A stretch of DNA of 64,000 nt from Cyanobacteriota bacterium (GCA_033764955.1 JANRIL010000015.1:1-64000), one strand, 5' to 3'. Counted from the first letter of the stretch, positions 1-9,940 are shown. Numbers and translations are program-made. The notes: generated from the letters alone by a model not told the origin.

Positions 1-200
1 GGAGAGGGGAGGCGAGCGGCCACCAATCTGGTAAAATTGGACAAGCATTACAGGGTTGATTTTCCCCTGATACGGTGCGCTTTCGACCGACAACTGGAGT
101 TGACCGACCCGTAGGCCAAGGCCGCAAGTCCCCCGTTTCCAGGGTTGCAATAGAGAGCATTTTCAAAAGCAAGCCTGCTTTGTGGAGAGAACTATCAACA

Positions 201-316
201 GTGGGGCTGGGCGTTTTCCTCACTATAAAAAGCTCGAATCGGCTAACCAGAGGTAAAACTCGCGCCGTGGGGGAAGCCCGCGCCCTATCCTTGCATCGGC
301 GTCGGGAGTACGTCAC
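201..316 (+). mobile_element. IS200/IS605-type right-end / TnpB omegaRNA-like module, copy A (no ORF)
   Basis: GTGGGGCTGGGCG..CCTCACTATAAAA block, bulged hairpin CCCGCGCC/GGCG(T)CGGG and terminal GGGAGTACGTCAC, all shared with 1888-2012 and 49751-49872. Confidence 0.6.
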
Positions 317-548
317 TGAATTGGCAGATAGGTTCTACTAGGCTACCCCCAGTGGTGGCTCTTCTCATTTTGATCCCGAACTTCTTTAAGCTGCCAAACC
401 CAGAAGGAAGGAATGGGATGTTTGAGCAAGACTACGGAGACTAATCTTAATCAGCTCAAGAAAAATTTCCATAGGGAGAATTGTTGGAATGTTGAGGAGG
501 GGATTGCCAAGCGGGATCCCAATCTACTAAGCTGGTATACGCACGCAA

Positions 549-620
<72 letters not shown>

Positions 621-756
621 TTCAGTCCGTTCACTCTTAAACGCTCATCCTTAAACGAAAAGAAAATCCCCCATGATCGGGGGTTGACTGGTTTGCTGTT
701 CATTTTAAAAAACCGAAGAAAAAAGGCTGGAGACGGAATGGCCCAGTCGCCCTTTT

Positions 757-1143
757 CTAGAAGCTTTGGGAACAGTTAACACCTGTATTCAGTGAGGAGT
801 AGCAGGAATAGCTGCCATTGTTAACTGTATTGACATTGGTGGTTACCCCGTTCCCAGGCACATATTGAGAGTTGAGGCGATAGCCCTGTCCAGTGGAGGG
901 GTTGTAGCCTGCGGCTGTCCGTCCAAAGGTACCTGTGCTGGCGTTATAGCCACTGGCGCGCATGTAGCGATTGCCGGTGGTGGGGTTATAACCTGCGGCA
1001 ACTCGTCCGGCGTTGCCAGTGGTGGGGTTATAGCCCGCTACATTGGCGCGCACCAGGGGGGCTGCTTCCGCCATGCCTGCTCCCACAACAGCAACCGCTA
1101 CAACGCCAGACAAGACAAGAGATTTGAGAGTGGATGAAATCAT
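757..1143 (-). CDS. Secreted Gly/Asn/Tyr/Thr-rich repeat protein
   Basis: Signal-peptide-like N-terminus from MISSTLK, then four ~14-aa GYNPTTG-type repeats; start moved to the ATG at 1143. Confidence 0.75.
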   Translation of the reverse strand: MISSTLKSLVLSGVVAVAVVGAGMAEAAPLVRANVAGYNPTTGNAGRVAAGYNPTTGNRYMRASGYNASTGTFGRTAAGYNPSTGQGYRLNSQYVPGNGVTTNVNTVNNGSYSCYSSLNTGVNCSQSF

Positions 1144-1446
1144 GATACTCACCTTAGATTGGGTAGAAGATTGGTCAACGCAACCGTTATCTTGAGGTTC
1201 ATCACCCATCCATGCTTGTGATTGACGAGGGGGATGATGGCCTGCTGTTCTTATCCTCTCCAATTGCTGAGGGGTTTTCGAGTGTACCAGGTCATTGATT
1301 CCCTACCTATCCGCCTTGCTCAAGTCACAGCCTGGGTCATGACCATGGGTAGGCAGGGATCCCTGATCGGGGGTGACTCCGGTCATGCGGTATCGGAGAA
1401 CACTAACTATGGGTATGATGGTAGGGCTGTTTTTTATCTATCGATC

Positions 1447-1779
1447 ATGAGTGCCAACATTGAGTTTAGTCGGGGGATTGTGGAAGTGCCCAGCAATGTT
1501 CGGTTGCTCAAGTCGAAAAACAGCAGTCGCAGCTCGGCTATCTTTCGTTTTGAAGAGGTGAAAGCAGATACCCAAAATATCCTCAGCATGGTGATGACAG
1601 ATGAAGAGGGAGAACTGCAAACACGGGAGTTGCGAGCCAAATTTTTGAATGGGGAATTTAAGGCAATTGAGGTGATCTACGAGATGCAAACCGAAGCGGA
1701 GTGGGATCGCTTTATGCGGTTTATGGAGCGATTCTCGGCAGATCATGAAATGGGGTTGGGGGAAACTGGGGATCCCTAA
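1447..1779 (+). CDS. psb28: Photosystem II assembly protein Psb28
   Basis: IEFSRG..VRL.KSK, DEEGEL.TRE..AKFLNG, EWDRFMRFMERF motifs; start at ATG 1447. Confidence 0.92.
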   Translation: MSANIEFSRGIVEVPSNVRLLKSKNSSRSSAIFRFEEVKADTQNILSMVMTDEEGELQTRELRAKFLNGEFKAIEVIYEMQTEAEWDRFMRFMERFSADHEMGLGETGDP

Positions 1780-1887
1780 ACACTCACCTCACGCAACTGC
1801 CACCCGAATTTCTCGACTCAGATTTGTCCCCGTGCTTTGACGCCAGCCCTTGGCATTGCCTGCCGTAGGCTTGGGTGATGGTGTAGT

Positions 1888-2012
1888 CCGACCAACTTTT
1901 GCTATGGTGTTTCCAAGTGGGGTTGGGCGTCGCCTCACTATAAAACGCGAAGTCCTGAAAAGGATAGAGAAGCCCACACCGCATGTTTGCATCGGTGATG
2001 GGAGCACGTCAC
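1888..2012 (+). mobile_element. IS200/IS605-type right-end / omegaRNA-like module, copy B
   Basis: Near-identical to 49751-49872; bulged hairpin CCCACACCG/CGGTG(A)TGGG; ends in CGTCAC. Confidence 0.65.
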
Positions 2013-2045
2013 AAAGAAGGAACCAACAAATAGGCTCCCCTCCGT

Positions 2046-2543
2046 TTATGACTCATACTCCATCAGAGAGCAGGTTGCTTCAAAATGGGGAGACAAGTCG
2101 GGGCAAAAGTCCAAACTTAAATTGAGCACTTCCGATGCCTGACTGGGCGAACCAAGGAACGCACCCAGATTCTCTGTGAGTTCCACAATCATACTCAGAG
2201 TGGGTAATAGAATAACATTTTGGATTTGAATCAGTGCCAGTGACGTAAAATATATAACTTCAACTCTAGCCTCTTCCACTTTAGTATACGAGTCTATTTC
2301 AATCAGACGATAAAGTTTAATTTGCTCTAGCTTGGGTGGGTAAGAAAACTTAACAGACAGGAATAACTCATTGAGCATCAAAGGGTATTTTGCATCCAGG
2401 CGAACTACCTTGCCCTTCATAGGAGAGAGCGTTGTCGAGTTGTGCGCTACCTGAACAAGTCGCTTTCGCATAGGTTGTTGTTGGCAAGTTAAGCTATCAA
2501 CAGGATAACTAAGAGATAAGCAAAAGAAGATGAGGATCCCCAT
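2046..2543 (-). CDS. Possible hypothetical protein in AT-rich DNA
   Basis: Open frame only; no recognisable motif; start uncertain. Confidence 0.25.
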   Translation of the reverse strand: MGILIFFCLSLSYPVDSLTCQQQPMRKRLVQVAHNSTTLSPMKGKVVRLDAKYPLMLNELFLSVKFSYPPKLEQIKLYRLIEIDSYTKVEEARVEVIYFTSLALIQIQNVILLPTLSMIVELTENLGAFLGSPSQASEVLNLSLDFCPDLSPHFEATCSLMEYES

Positions 2544-2864
2544 TTACATACAGTTAAGCTGTAACTCCGCATAGTAGACACAGATTATGGGGGTACAAGC
2601 AAAACCATAGGATTTCTACTCCACCATTTTCCGTAAAGTTCCCCTCCGATAGTGGGGGTAGAATTCAGGATTATCTAGAAGTAGCCTAAACTAAGACCTA
2701 TGATGATCAAAAGGTCAATTCTGGAATGATAATTAATCTCTTCCTGTCCGATTGCTTTACCTTATGATGATAGCCTAACCAAGGCTTATAAATTTTAAAT
2801 TGACAGCTAGATCTATGGTTTTATCAAAAATAATTAAAAATTTTAAATAGCTAGAGGCATCCTA

Positions 2865-3497
2865 ATGTACGTAGATTTAGAGAAAAAATCGGGAACGAAA
2901 TCTCCATCACCCACTCCAAAACCCATTAATAAGTTTTTGATTTCATTGTTTATTATTTTTATTCTGTGGACTCAAATTGCCTATAACTTTCAGAGGACAC
3001 CTATCCTGCCAGAAATTTCCTATCAAAGTGGATATCATCCGATTGTTAACACGATCATCTATGGATATAACATGGTTGGCTGGAATCTCAGACGCTTAGG
3101 ATGGCTGGCAGGACAAACGAATTATTGGCGGATGTTTGCCCCTGTTGATCGCTTTAATTGGCATATGATTTTTGTTGCTGTTCATCCAGATGGATCGGAG
3201 ACACTTCTACCACTTTCTACTCAATCAGAGCGTAACTTTTGGCAACGCAATTTGATTGATTTCAGAGATGGAAAGTTTCATGTTAATATCTACAGCCATC
3301 CTGAGTATAGGCAACTCTATGCTGATTATCTTTGCCGTACTTATACTCAATCCGAAAATCCTATCTCTAGCATTCGGATTGATTTACAGTGGCAGCCAAT
3401 TTTTTCTCCAGAAGAAGCAAAGATAGCTGGAGCTTTTTGGGGGATGTCATATCTTAATCAGTCTGGAATGGGGGATTTTCCATGCTTAGGCAGCTAA
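2865..3497 (+). CDS. Membrane-anchored partner of HTTM protein (DUF5819-like)
   Basis: N-terminal TM, G.tnyWRMFAP motif, YADYLCR; overlaps the HTTM gene. Confidence 0.7.
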   Translation: MYVDLEKKSGTKSPSPTPKPINKFLISLFIIFILWTQIAYNFQRTPILPEISYQSGYHPIVNTIIYGYNMVGWNLRRLGWLAGQTNYWRMFAPVDRFNWHMIFVAVHPDGSETLLPLSTQSERNFWQRNLIDFRDGKFHVNIYSHPEYRQLYADYLCRTYTQSENPISSIRIDLQWQPIFSPEEAKIAGAFWGMSYLNQSGMGDFPCLGS

Positions 3498-4513
3498 GAA
3501 ATGTTTTGGGTAAGTTTATCTCGACTGTTGATCGTTTTTGGTTTGAAGAACAATCTACACTGAGCTTGGGTGTGTTTCGTGTTTCTCTGGGTCTTTTAAT
3601 CCTATTTATTTTAATCTGTAGCATTCCAAATTGGGAATTTTTTTATGGTGCTTATGGTCCTTACCCACTGTCTGCTCTTAGGGAGGCTATGGGAGGCTAC
3701 ACCTCTGCATTATCGATTAGTTTACTGGCATTTTCTGACCAAAATTGGCTCTTGTGGGCGGTCCTCGGCTTCAACTTAATTTGTGCCACTGCCTTCACGC
3801 TGGGGTGGCAAACACGATGGATAACAATAGCTATGTTTATTGGATGGTCATCCCTCTGTAATCGCAACATTACCCTCATTAATGGTCAAGATCAGATCAT
3901 TAAAATGATGTTGTTCTTGGGATGTTTTGCCCCGATGGGTAACAGCTTATCTATTGATCGTTGGTGGCAGGAATATCAATATCAAAAATCTAACGGACAA
4001 ACTCCAAAACCCTCTGATTTACGGCCCATCTGTAGTTGGCGGCTCATGCAGACCTCTATAGCTATACTCTATTTGTTTGCGGGGCCTTCTAAGTTGGTCA
4101 GTGATGAAGCTTGGAGAAATGGAACAGCACTCTATTATGTTTCTTTGTCGGATCGTTGGTATCGTTTTTATGCTTATGATTTCATGCATAATCTCAATCT
4201 TAATGCCCTTTTTACCTATGCCACCCTGGGTTTGCAGATTAGCTTTCCTTATCTAGTTTGGATAGAACCGATTGGGGAGTTAGTAGTGCTGGCAGCTATG
4301 CTAGCACATGTATCAATGTTTACTCTGCTGAGTCGCTATGTTTTTCACTTTAATCTTGCTGTTTTAGTTAGTTTTATTGTGTTTGTTAAGCCACTACGAT
4401 TTGAGCAGCTTTTTGCTGCTTTCCACAAACTTTGGCCTAGGTTTTTGCTCTTTAAACCTGCCTCGTCTTTGCAACCCTTAGAATCTCCTGAGTCTTATAG
4501 TCATTCCAAATAA
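3482..4513 (+). CDS. HTTM domain membrane protein
   Basis: SLGVFRVSLG, LGWQTR, NGQD, SLSIDRW, W.NGTALYY motifs. Confidence 0.85.
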   Translation: MLRQLRNVLGKFISTVDRFWFEEQSTLSLGVFRVSLGLLILFILICSIPNWEFFYGAYGPYPLSALREAMGGYTSALSISLLAFSDQNWLLWAVLGFNLICATAFTLGWQTRWITIAMFIGWSSLCNRNITLINGQDQIIKMMLFLGCFAPMGNSLSIDRWWQEYQYQKSNGQTPKPSDLRPICSWRLMQTSIAILYLFAGPSKLVSDEAWRNGTALYYVSLSDRWYRFYAYDFMHNLNLNALFTYATLGLQISFPYLVWIEPIGELVVLAAMLAHVSMFTLLSRYVFHFNLAVLVSFIVFVKPLRFEQLFAAFHKLWPRFLLFKPASSLQPLESPESYSHSK

Positions 4514-4588
4514 GAATGGCACCATCTAAGTCTTGATATCGAAGCTTTGAGAGATTTTAGATTTCTCAAACTAAATTGGAATAGCTAT

Positions 4589-4654
4589 TAAGGGAGGAAC
4601 CGGATGGAAAGTCCCCCCTATCAAGGGGAATTTTGGGGGATCCGAGCCTGGGAC
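4589..4654 (-). repeat. Small dispersed palindromic repeat of the cyanobacterial CCCCCTAAATCCCCCTT..AAGGGG type
   Basis: Reverse complement aligns with 50002-50075. Confidence 0.6.
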
Positions 4655-4986
4655 AGGCTGTATTCTTTATTTAAAATAGCTATATTTTTGTCCTTAGATG
4701 GAGAGATCCAGATACAATCTAGAAATTTGTTTGACCACCTACGTAATGCGATTAGAGTCAATCATTACTTATATTTGGCAGAGATGGCTGATATGCAGTG
4801 GATTGCGTGTTTCATTCTGTAGTCATTGAACCCTATTCCAGGATGCGGCGGGATGGAGTGCGGGGGATTCCTTGGGGATGAGCCATGGTTCCTAGGCAGG
4901 CAAGAAAGATAGAGCCATTGCATCCAGAGTTGGGTTTTCGCTTCAAATTGATGACACGTCCTAAAAATTTTCTGAAAGATTTTGCT

Positions 4987-6636
4987 TTATCGGCTCAAGC
5001 CATCCAGAGGTGCAAGGATGTCTGTCCGGGATCCTCTTTGCATGAGTCGCCAGCCATTCACCTCTGCGATCTCTTGGAGATAGCCCAAACGATCCGAGAA
5101 TTGTTGCCACTGCACTGGAGAAACCCACAGGTAATCCGCCGTAAAATCGCCAGCTTGCAGGGCGCTATCATCCACCCAGCGCCCCGGTTGAGGGGTATAA
5201 AAAGCCTGCGCTTGCGCTTGACAAACATCGGCTAACCCACTGCGACCAATATCAATCACCACCTGCTTGGGCAGAAGGGGGGAGGAACGGGCAAAGGTAG
5301 CCATGTCTGGACTAAAGTTACCAAAATCGGGGCGCTGCACTACTGATAGTAAAGTTACCCCACTGGCGAGGAGGAGGGATCCCAGCCAGAGCACCCCAGC
5401 AAAACGCAAAGCCCGCCGCCACAGCCAGATCACGGGTAGACTGCTGTAGAAAAAGCCAATCACTAGCAGAGCCAGCCCATGCGGTTGCAGCATCTCTAGC
5501 CCAGGGATGCCCATGATCACCACTACCCCCAGCCCCCCCAGTAGGACTCCCAACAGCCCTAAACCCCAAGAAATTCCCTGGCTGAGACGGGGAGATTGTC
5601 GCCAATTTAAGGCTTGATCCAAGCAGACCCCAGACAGCAAAGCCAACCAAGGATAGAGTTGTACGCTGTAGTAGTGGGTGCGGGTGGGATAGATCGTCAG
5701 CAGCAGAAATAGCACCAGCGGAAAAGACCAGATCAAAAGGGTGCGGCTAGGTTGCTGGCGAATTAAATGCCAAAATCCGACTAAAGCCAGCACCGTCCAG
5801 GGAAACCCATGCGCCGGGATGTGCCAGAAGTAGTAGAACTGGTTATTGCTGGCATGAAAGGGGGTTGCTCCCAAGTCTTCTACTTTGCCCACCAGGGTTT
5901 CCACCACCCTCCAGCCATATTGCTGGATGGCTAACCCCAGCCAAACACCAAACCCTCCCAGTCCTGCCAACAATCCCCACCAAAATGACCAGGCTGTCAG
6001 CCAGCGCCGCCATTGGCTCAGTAAAAAGGGCAAGGTGGCTGCTCCCGCCAAAAGCACCATGGCGCTCTTCATCAGCAATCCCAACCCAAAAGCCAAACCC
6101 GTCAGCCAAAACCAGCTTTTTGAGCCGCGCCAACCCGCCACCAAGGCAGCTATTCCCAACAATTCCAAAAAGGTCAGCGGAACATCCTGCCCTACCAAAC
6201 GGCCCTGCTGCACCCACAAAAAGCACAAAGGCAGCACCATCATGCCGATTAAGGCCGCCCGCTCCCCCACAAAAGGTCGTCCGATCCAACCGGTCAACGG
6301 AATAGCTGCCAGTGCCGTCAGGATCCCAGGTAGGCGAGCTGACCACTCATGGATCCCTGCCACTTGATAGGCAAAAGCAACCAACCAGGGTAAAAGAGGG
6401 GGTTTCTCAAAAAAAACTTCCCCCAAAAAGGTTGGGGCTACCCACTTCCCAGTTTGCAAAATTTCCCGCGCCATTTGGGCATAAAAACTCTCGTCACATC
6501 CCTCCAAACTGGGAGGATGACCGGAGAGCAAAAAAAGGGGAACCGCTAGCCCCGTCACTAGGAATGCTGATCCCCAAAACCTGATGGCCTGGGGATCCCT
6601 AGAGGTGCGCCGCCAACTGGTTTGCCGCAGAGTCAA
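4987..6636 (-). CDS. ArnT/PMT-family (GT-C) glycosyltransferase
   Basis: DE..YAQMARE, FFEKPPL..W, multiple TM segments. Confidence 0.9.
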   Translation of the reverse strand: MTLRQTSWRRTSRDPQAIRFWGSAFLVTGLAVPLFLLSGHPPSLEGCDESFYAQMAREILQTGKWVAPTFLGEVFFEKPPLLPWLVAFAYQVAGIHEWSARLPGILTALAAIPLTGWIGRPFVGERAALIGMMVLPLCFLWVQQGRLVGQDVPLTFLELLGIAALVAGWRGSKSWFWLTGLAFGLGLLMKSAMVLLAGAATLPFLLSQWRRWLTAWSFWWGLLAGLGGFGVWLGLAIQQYGWRVVETLVGKVEDLGATPFHASNNQFYYFWHIPAHGFPWTVLALVGFWHLIRQQPSRTLLIWSFPLVLFLLLTIYPTRTHYYSVQLYPWLALLSGVCLDQALNWRQSPRLSQGISWGLGLLGVLLGGLGVVVIMGIPGLEMLQPHGLALLVIGFFYSSLPVIWLWRRALRFAGVLWLGSLLLASGVTLLSVVQRPDFGNFSPDMATFARSSPLLPKQVVIDIGRSGLADVCQAQAQAFYTPQPGRWVDDSALQAGDFTADYLWVSPVQWQQFSDRLGYLQEIAEVNGWRLMQRGSRTDILAPLDGLSR

Positions 6637-6896
6637 CCCTCCTCGTCGGGAGATTCGTAATACAACTCATTGAGGCGGGTGCGGGCATCTTCCAGAGTAG
6701 TAGAGCGCAAAACCAAGAGAGGTTCTTCCGTCAAATTGCCATGATCATCAATCAATTCGGGGTGGGGAACCCGCTGAGGGCGACGCCGCTGTGGTTTTTG
6801 TTGAGATAATCCTAACGTCAACAAATTACTTAACAGGTTGCGAATGGCTAGAAAGGCAATCGCGGCAAAAGCAATGATGTAGAGGAGCTGTAGCAT
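6633..6896 (-). CDS. DUF2973-like protein
   Basis: N-terminal TM, HPEL.D..GN...EPLLV.R, L..LYYESP. Confidence 0.8.
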   Translation of the reverse strand: MLQLLYIIAFAAIAFLAIRNLLSNLLTLGLSQQKPQRRRPQRVPHPELIDDHGNLTEEPLLVLRSTTLEDARTRLNELYYESPDEEG

Positions 6897-7208
6897 TTAG
6901 GGATCTGAAGGAGGATTAAGCTGATAATAACGACGACCTAATTCTGCACATTCCATCAGCAGGCGATGCCATTTTGCCATTAGTGCTGGATCAATGCCAA
7001 CTTCATTATCGGAGAGTTCGTAAAGGGTTGTTGCTGTTTGTAACTCCCCTTCCGCCTGCTCCAGCCGTCGCCGCAGCTCCACTTGCCCTTCTGGAGAAAT
7101 AATGCCCAAATTATCTTTCTCCAACAGTTGGCGAGAACGCCCAAACCAGTAGCGATAGTCCTCAATCAGAGGACTCAAGATCTCCCGCAACATTTCCGCT
7201 TGAGTCAT
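6897..7208 (-). CDS. DUF2605-like protein
   Basis: L.PL.ED..YWF.RS..LLE and WH.LL.EC motifs; adjacent to DUF2973 gene. Confidence 0.8.
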   Translation of the reverse strand: MTQAEMLREILSPLIEDYRYWFGRSRQLLEKDNLGIISPEGQVELRRRLEQAEGELQTATTLYELSDNEVGIDPALMAKWHRLLMECAELGRRYYQLNPPSDP

Positions 7209-7302
7209 GGGCTTGGCTCCTTTATGTTTCTTGATATATCTTAAAGCTTTTTAGCGTGAACCCCCAGCAGAGGCAGCCTTCATTAAGGCGAAAAGAGTTG
7301 GC

Positions 7303-7665
7303 TTAATCCTCCGGTTCGCCAGCAGGCCTGAGGATATTACTCATGATGGTGCTGACAATTGACAGAACAATGGCTCCCAGAAACGCCCAGCCAAAATTGT
7401 CGATTTCAAAGGCGCTTCCGGCCAAAAAATCAGCTAACGCCAGACAAAGGCCATTGATGATCAGCAAAAAGAAGCCCAAGGAGAGAATGGTAATAGGCAG
7501 CGTAATCAACTGTAAAAACGGCCTGATCAGACTGTTAACAACCCCGATTGCCAAGGCAGCAATCAACGCGCCCCCAAACCCCGTTACATGAATCCCTGGC
7601 AAAATCCAGGTCAGGATCATGACACTGAGGGCGGAAATAATCCAGGTGGCCAGTAGGGTACTCAT
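7303..7665 (-). CDS. YvlD-like 4-TM membrane protein (phage holin family)
   Basis: PGI.V.GF..AL.AAL.IG.VN.LIRP.L..ITLP...LSLG.F. Confidence 0.85.
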   Translation of the reverse strand: MSTLLATWIISALSVMILTWILPGIHVTGFGGALIAALAIGVVNSLIRPFLQLITLPITILSLGFFLLIINGLCLALADFLAGSAFEIDNFGWAFLGAIVLSIVSTIMSNILRPAGEPED

Positions 7666-7761
7666 AAGCAGTTCCTCCTTTGGGGATTATTGACAAGAGA
7701 TGGAAGGGATCCCTATTTCCTCCCATGCTAACCAAGGGGACTGGGGGGCTGGAGTCGGAGG

Positions 7762-8034
7762 CTAGTCGGAGGCATCCGGCAGGCAGGTCTGAATCGATAG
7801 GGCATGGATTTGGGATCCCATCTGGGCTTGTAAGGCTTGATAAACTAGGCGGTGCTGCTCCATCAAACTTTTCCCGATAAAAAGTGGGGAAGCGACCCGC
7901 AGGCGGTAATGCCCTCCCGCCGCTAAGGGATCCCGCCTGCCTGCATGAGTGCGATGCTGATCCGAATCATCCCACACCTCCACAAGAGTGGCTTGCAGAT
8001 GGTGCTGGAGGAGTTTTTCTAACTCCGGGATCAT
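7762..8034 (-). CDS. bolA: BolA family protein
   Basis: GGHY.L.V.S..F.GKS...QHR.VY.AL, IHALSI. Confidence 0.9.
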   Translation of the reverse strand: MIPELEKLLQHHLQATLVEVWDDSDQHRTHAGRRDPLAAGGHYRLRVASPLFIGKSLMEQHRLVYQALQAQMGSQIHALSIQTCLPDASD

Positions 8035-8366
8035 CAGGCGGTAACTCCGGCAAAGGCTGCTTCCACCATCGGCTTAAGTTCTCCCCGCGCATTCATTTCC
8101 AGGACAATATCGCAACCGCCGATGAATTCACCGTTGATAAACACTTGGGGGATGGTCGGCCAATTGGTAAAGTCTTTGATGCCCTGGCGGATGGCGGGAT
8201 CCTCTAAAACATTCACAGCATCATAGGGAAATCCCAAACTATCAAACGTCCGCACCGTTGCATTAGAAAAGCCACACATGGGCATTTCGGGAGTGCCTTT
8301 CATGAAAATCAAAATTTTACTGGCTTTGATTTGGTCGCGGATTTGCTCTTGAGTTAACGGATCCAT
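8034..8366 (-). CDS. grxD: Monothiol glutaredoxin (Grx4)
   Basis: FMKGTP..PMCGFS, WPTIPQ, GGCDI. Confidence 0.95.
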   Translation of the reverse strand: MDPLTQEQIRDQIKASKILIFMKGTPEMPMCGFSNATVRTFDSLGFPYDAVNVLEDPAIRQGIKDFTNWPTIPQVFINGEFIGGCDIVLEMNARGELKPMVEAAFAGVTA

Positions 8367-8567
8367 AACGGCTGATCGTCCTATCGAAAAGATGAGGTGG
8401 GGGAAAGCTAGGGAGATAGGCGGCTCACCCCTCGTCTATTCAGTCTATCTGAACTTGATTGATGCTTATGGGCATTCCCGTGAGGAAGATCCGGATCGGT
8501 ATCTCCACCCCTTTACTTGTCTATGAGTGGTAGGGTAAACATCGTTGCACTGGGTGTAAGGGAAACG

Positions 8568-9035
8568 ATGCCAAAAAAGCTGTTGTTTGTTTGTCTAGGG
8601 AATATCTGCCGCTCCCCTGCCGCCGAAAACATTATGGATCACCTGATTAAACAGACGGTGCCTCCCCCCGATATTATTTGTGATTCCGCCGGAACCAGTG
8701 CCTATCACCTGGGTAGCCCCCCCGACCGCCGGATGCAGGAAGCAGCTCAACAACATGGCTATCTATTCACCGGATCAGCTCGTCAGATTCAACCGGAGGA
8801 TTTGCGAGAGTTTGACTTAATTTTGGCGATGGATAAGCAAAACTATCGAGATATTGTGGCTCTCGATCCGCAGCAGCGTTATCGAGACAAAATTAAAATG
8901 ATGACTAGCTACTGCACCCACCACAGCGATTCAGAAGTGCCGGATCCCTATTACGGGGGAGAAGCGGGCTTTCAGTATGTGATCGAGTTGCTGGAAGATG
9001 CCTGTGGAGGACTCTTAAAAAGTTTGTTGTCATGA
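8568..9035 (+). CDS. Low molecular weight protein-tyrosine phosphatase
   Basis: VCLGNICRSP and DPYYG; start at ATG 8568. Confidence 0.93.
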   Translation: MPKKLLFVCLGNICRSPAAENIMDHLIKQTVPPPDIICDSAGTSAYHLGSPPDRRMQEAAQQHGYLFTGSARQIQPEDLREFDLILAMDKQNYRDIVALDPQQRYRDKIKMMTSYCTHHSDSEVPDPYYGGEAGFQYVIELLEDACGGLLKSLLS

Positions 9036-9940
9036 TTGCGCATCCCTTTTGGAGAGCCGTTGCTCAGCACATTAGTGTTGTGATCGGGGATCCCTATACC
9101 ATCCAGAATGTTCGTGGCGTGGGAGGAGGCAGTATCAACAGTGCCTATCAGGTGACGGGACGACGAGCCAACCACCCCCAAGATTATTTTGTGAAATGTC
9201 ATCAGACCAGCCATCTTGCCATGTTTGAGGCAGAAGCCGCTGGTTTGCTGGCTCTGGCTGCCACCCAAACGGTGCGAGTACCGCAGCCCATTTGCTGGGG
9301 ATCCCAGGATGAACAGGCTTATTTGGTGTTGGAGTATCTCGCCTTGGGATCCCTAAAGGCTGACACTGCTGTCCAACTGGGAAACCAATTAGCGGCGCTA
9401 CATCGCCATCACCATACCCAATTTGGCTGGCATCGCCATAACACGATTGGCTCTACCCCACAAATCAATACGTGGCGGGATAGTTGGGTGGATTTTTATC
9501 GGGATCATCGCCTCGGCTATCAAGGGCAATTAGCCCAGAAACAGGGTTTCATGGGGGAGAATTTATCGCGGCGATTCCAGCCATTGCTGGAGCGATTAGG
9601 GGATTTTTTCGTTGATTATCAACCCCAGGCATCCCTACTGCATGGGGATTTGTGGTCGGGGAATTATGGCTGCACGGAGGAAGGGGATCCCGTTATCTTT
9701 GACCCTGCCCCCTATTACGGCGACCGAGAAAGCGATCTTGCCATGACCGAATTATTTGGCGGATTTCCGGCTGATTTTTACCGAGCTTATCAGACCACCT
9801 ATCCCCTCGATGTTGGCTATAGGCGTCGCCAACCCCTCTATCAGCTCTATCACCTCTTTAACCACCTCAATCTATTTGGGGGCAGCTATCTGGGGCAAGT
9901 GAACCACTGCCTAGAGAAATGTTGGCAGGGGCTAATCTAG
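9032..9940 (+). CDS. Fructosamine kinase family protein
   Basis: GGGSIN, LLHGDLWSGN, FDPAPYYGDRE.DLAMTELFGGF. Confidence 0.93.
   Translation: MIAHPFWRAVAQHISVVIGDPYTIQNVRGVGGGSINSAYQVTGRRANHPQDYFVKCHQTSHLAMFEAEAAGLLALAATQTVRVPQPICWGSQDEQAYLVLEYLALGSLKADTAVQLGNQLAALHRHHHTQFGWHRHNTIGSTPQINTWRDSWVDFYRDHRLGYQGQLAQKQGFMGENLSRRFQPLLERLGDFFVDYQPQASLLHGDLWSGNYGCTEEGDPVIFDPAPYYGDRESDLAMTELFGGFPADFYRAYQTTYPLDVGYRRRQPLYQLYHLFNHLNLFGGSYLGQVNHCLEKCWQGLI

Noticed and set aside
75..341. Short ORFs over the IS-end modules (also 1784-2125 and 49646-49901)
   Set aside because: No TnpA/TnpB motifs; the similarity between them is explained by the DNA repeat
7303..7665. Prophage holin
   Set aside because: YvlD-like membrane protein in a housekeeping context with no phage genes nearby
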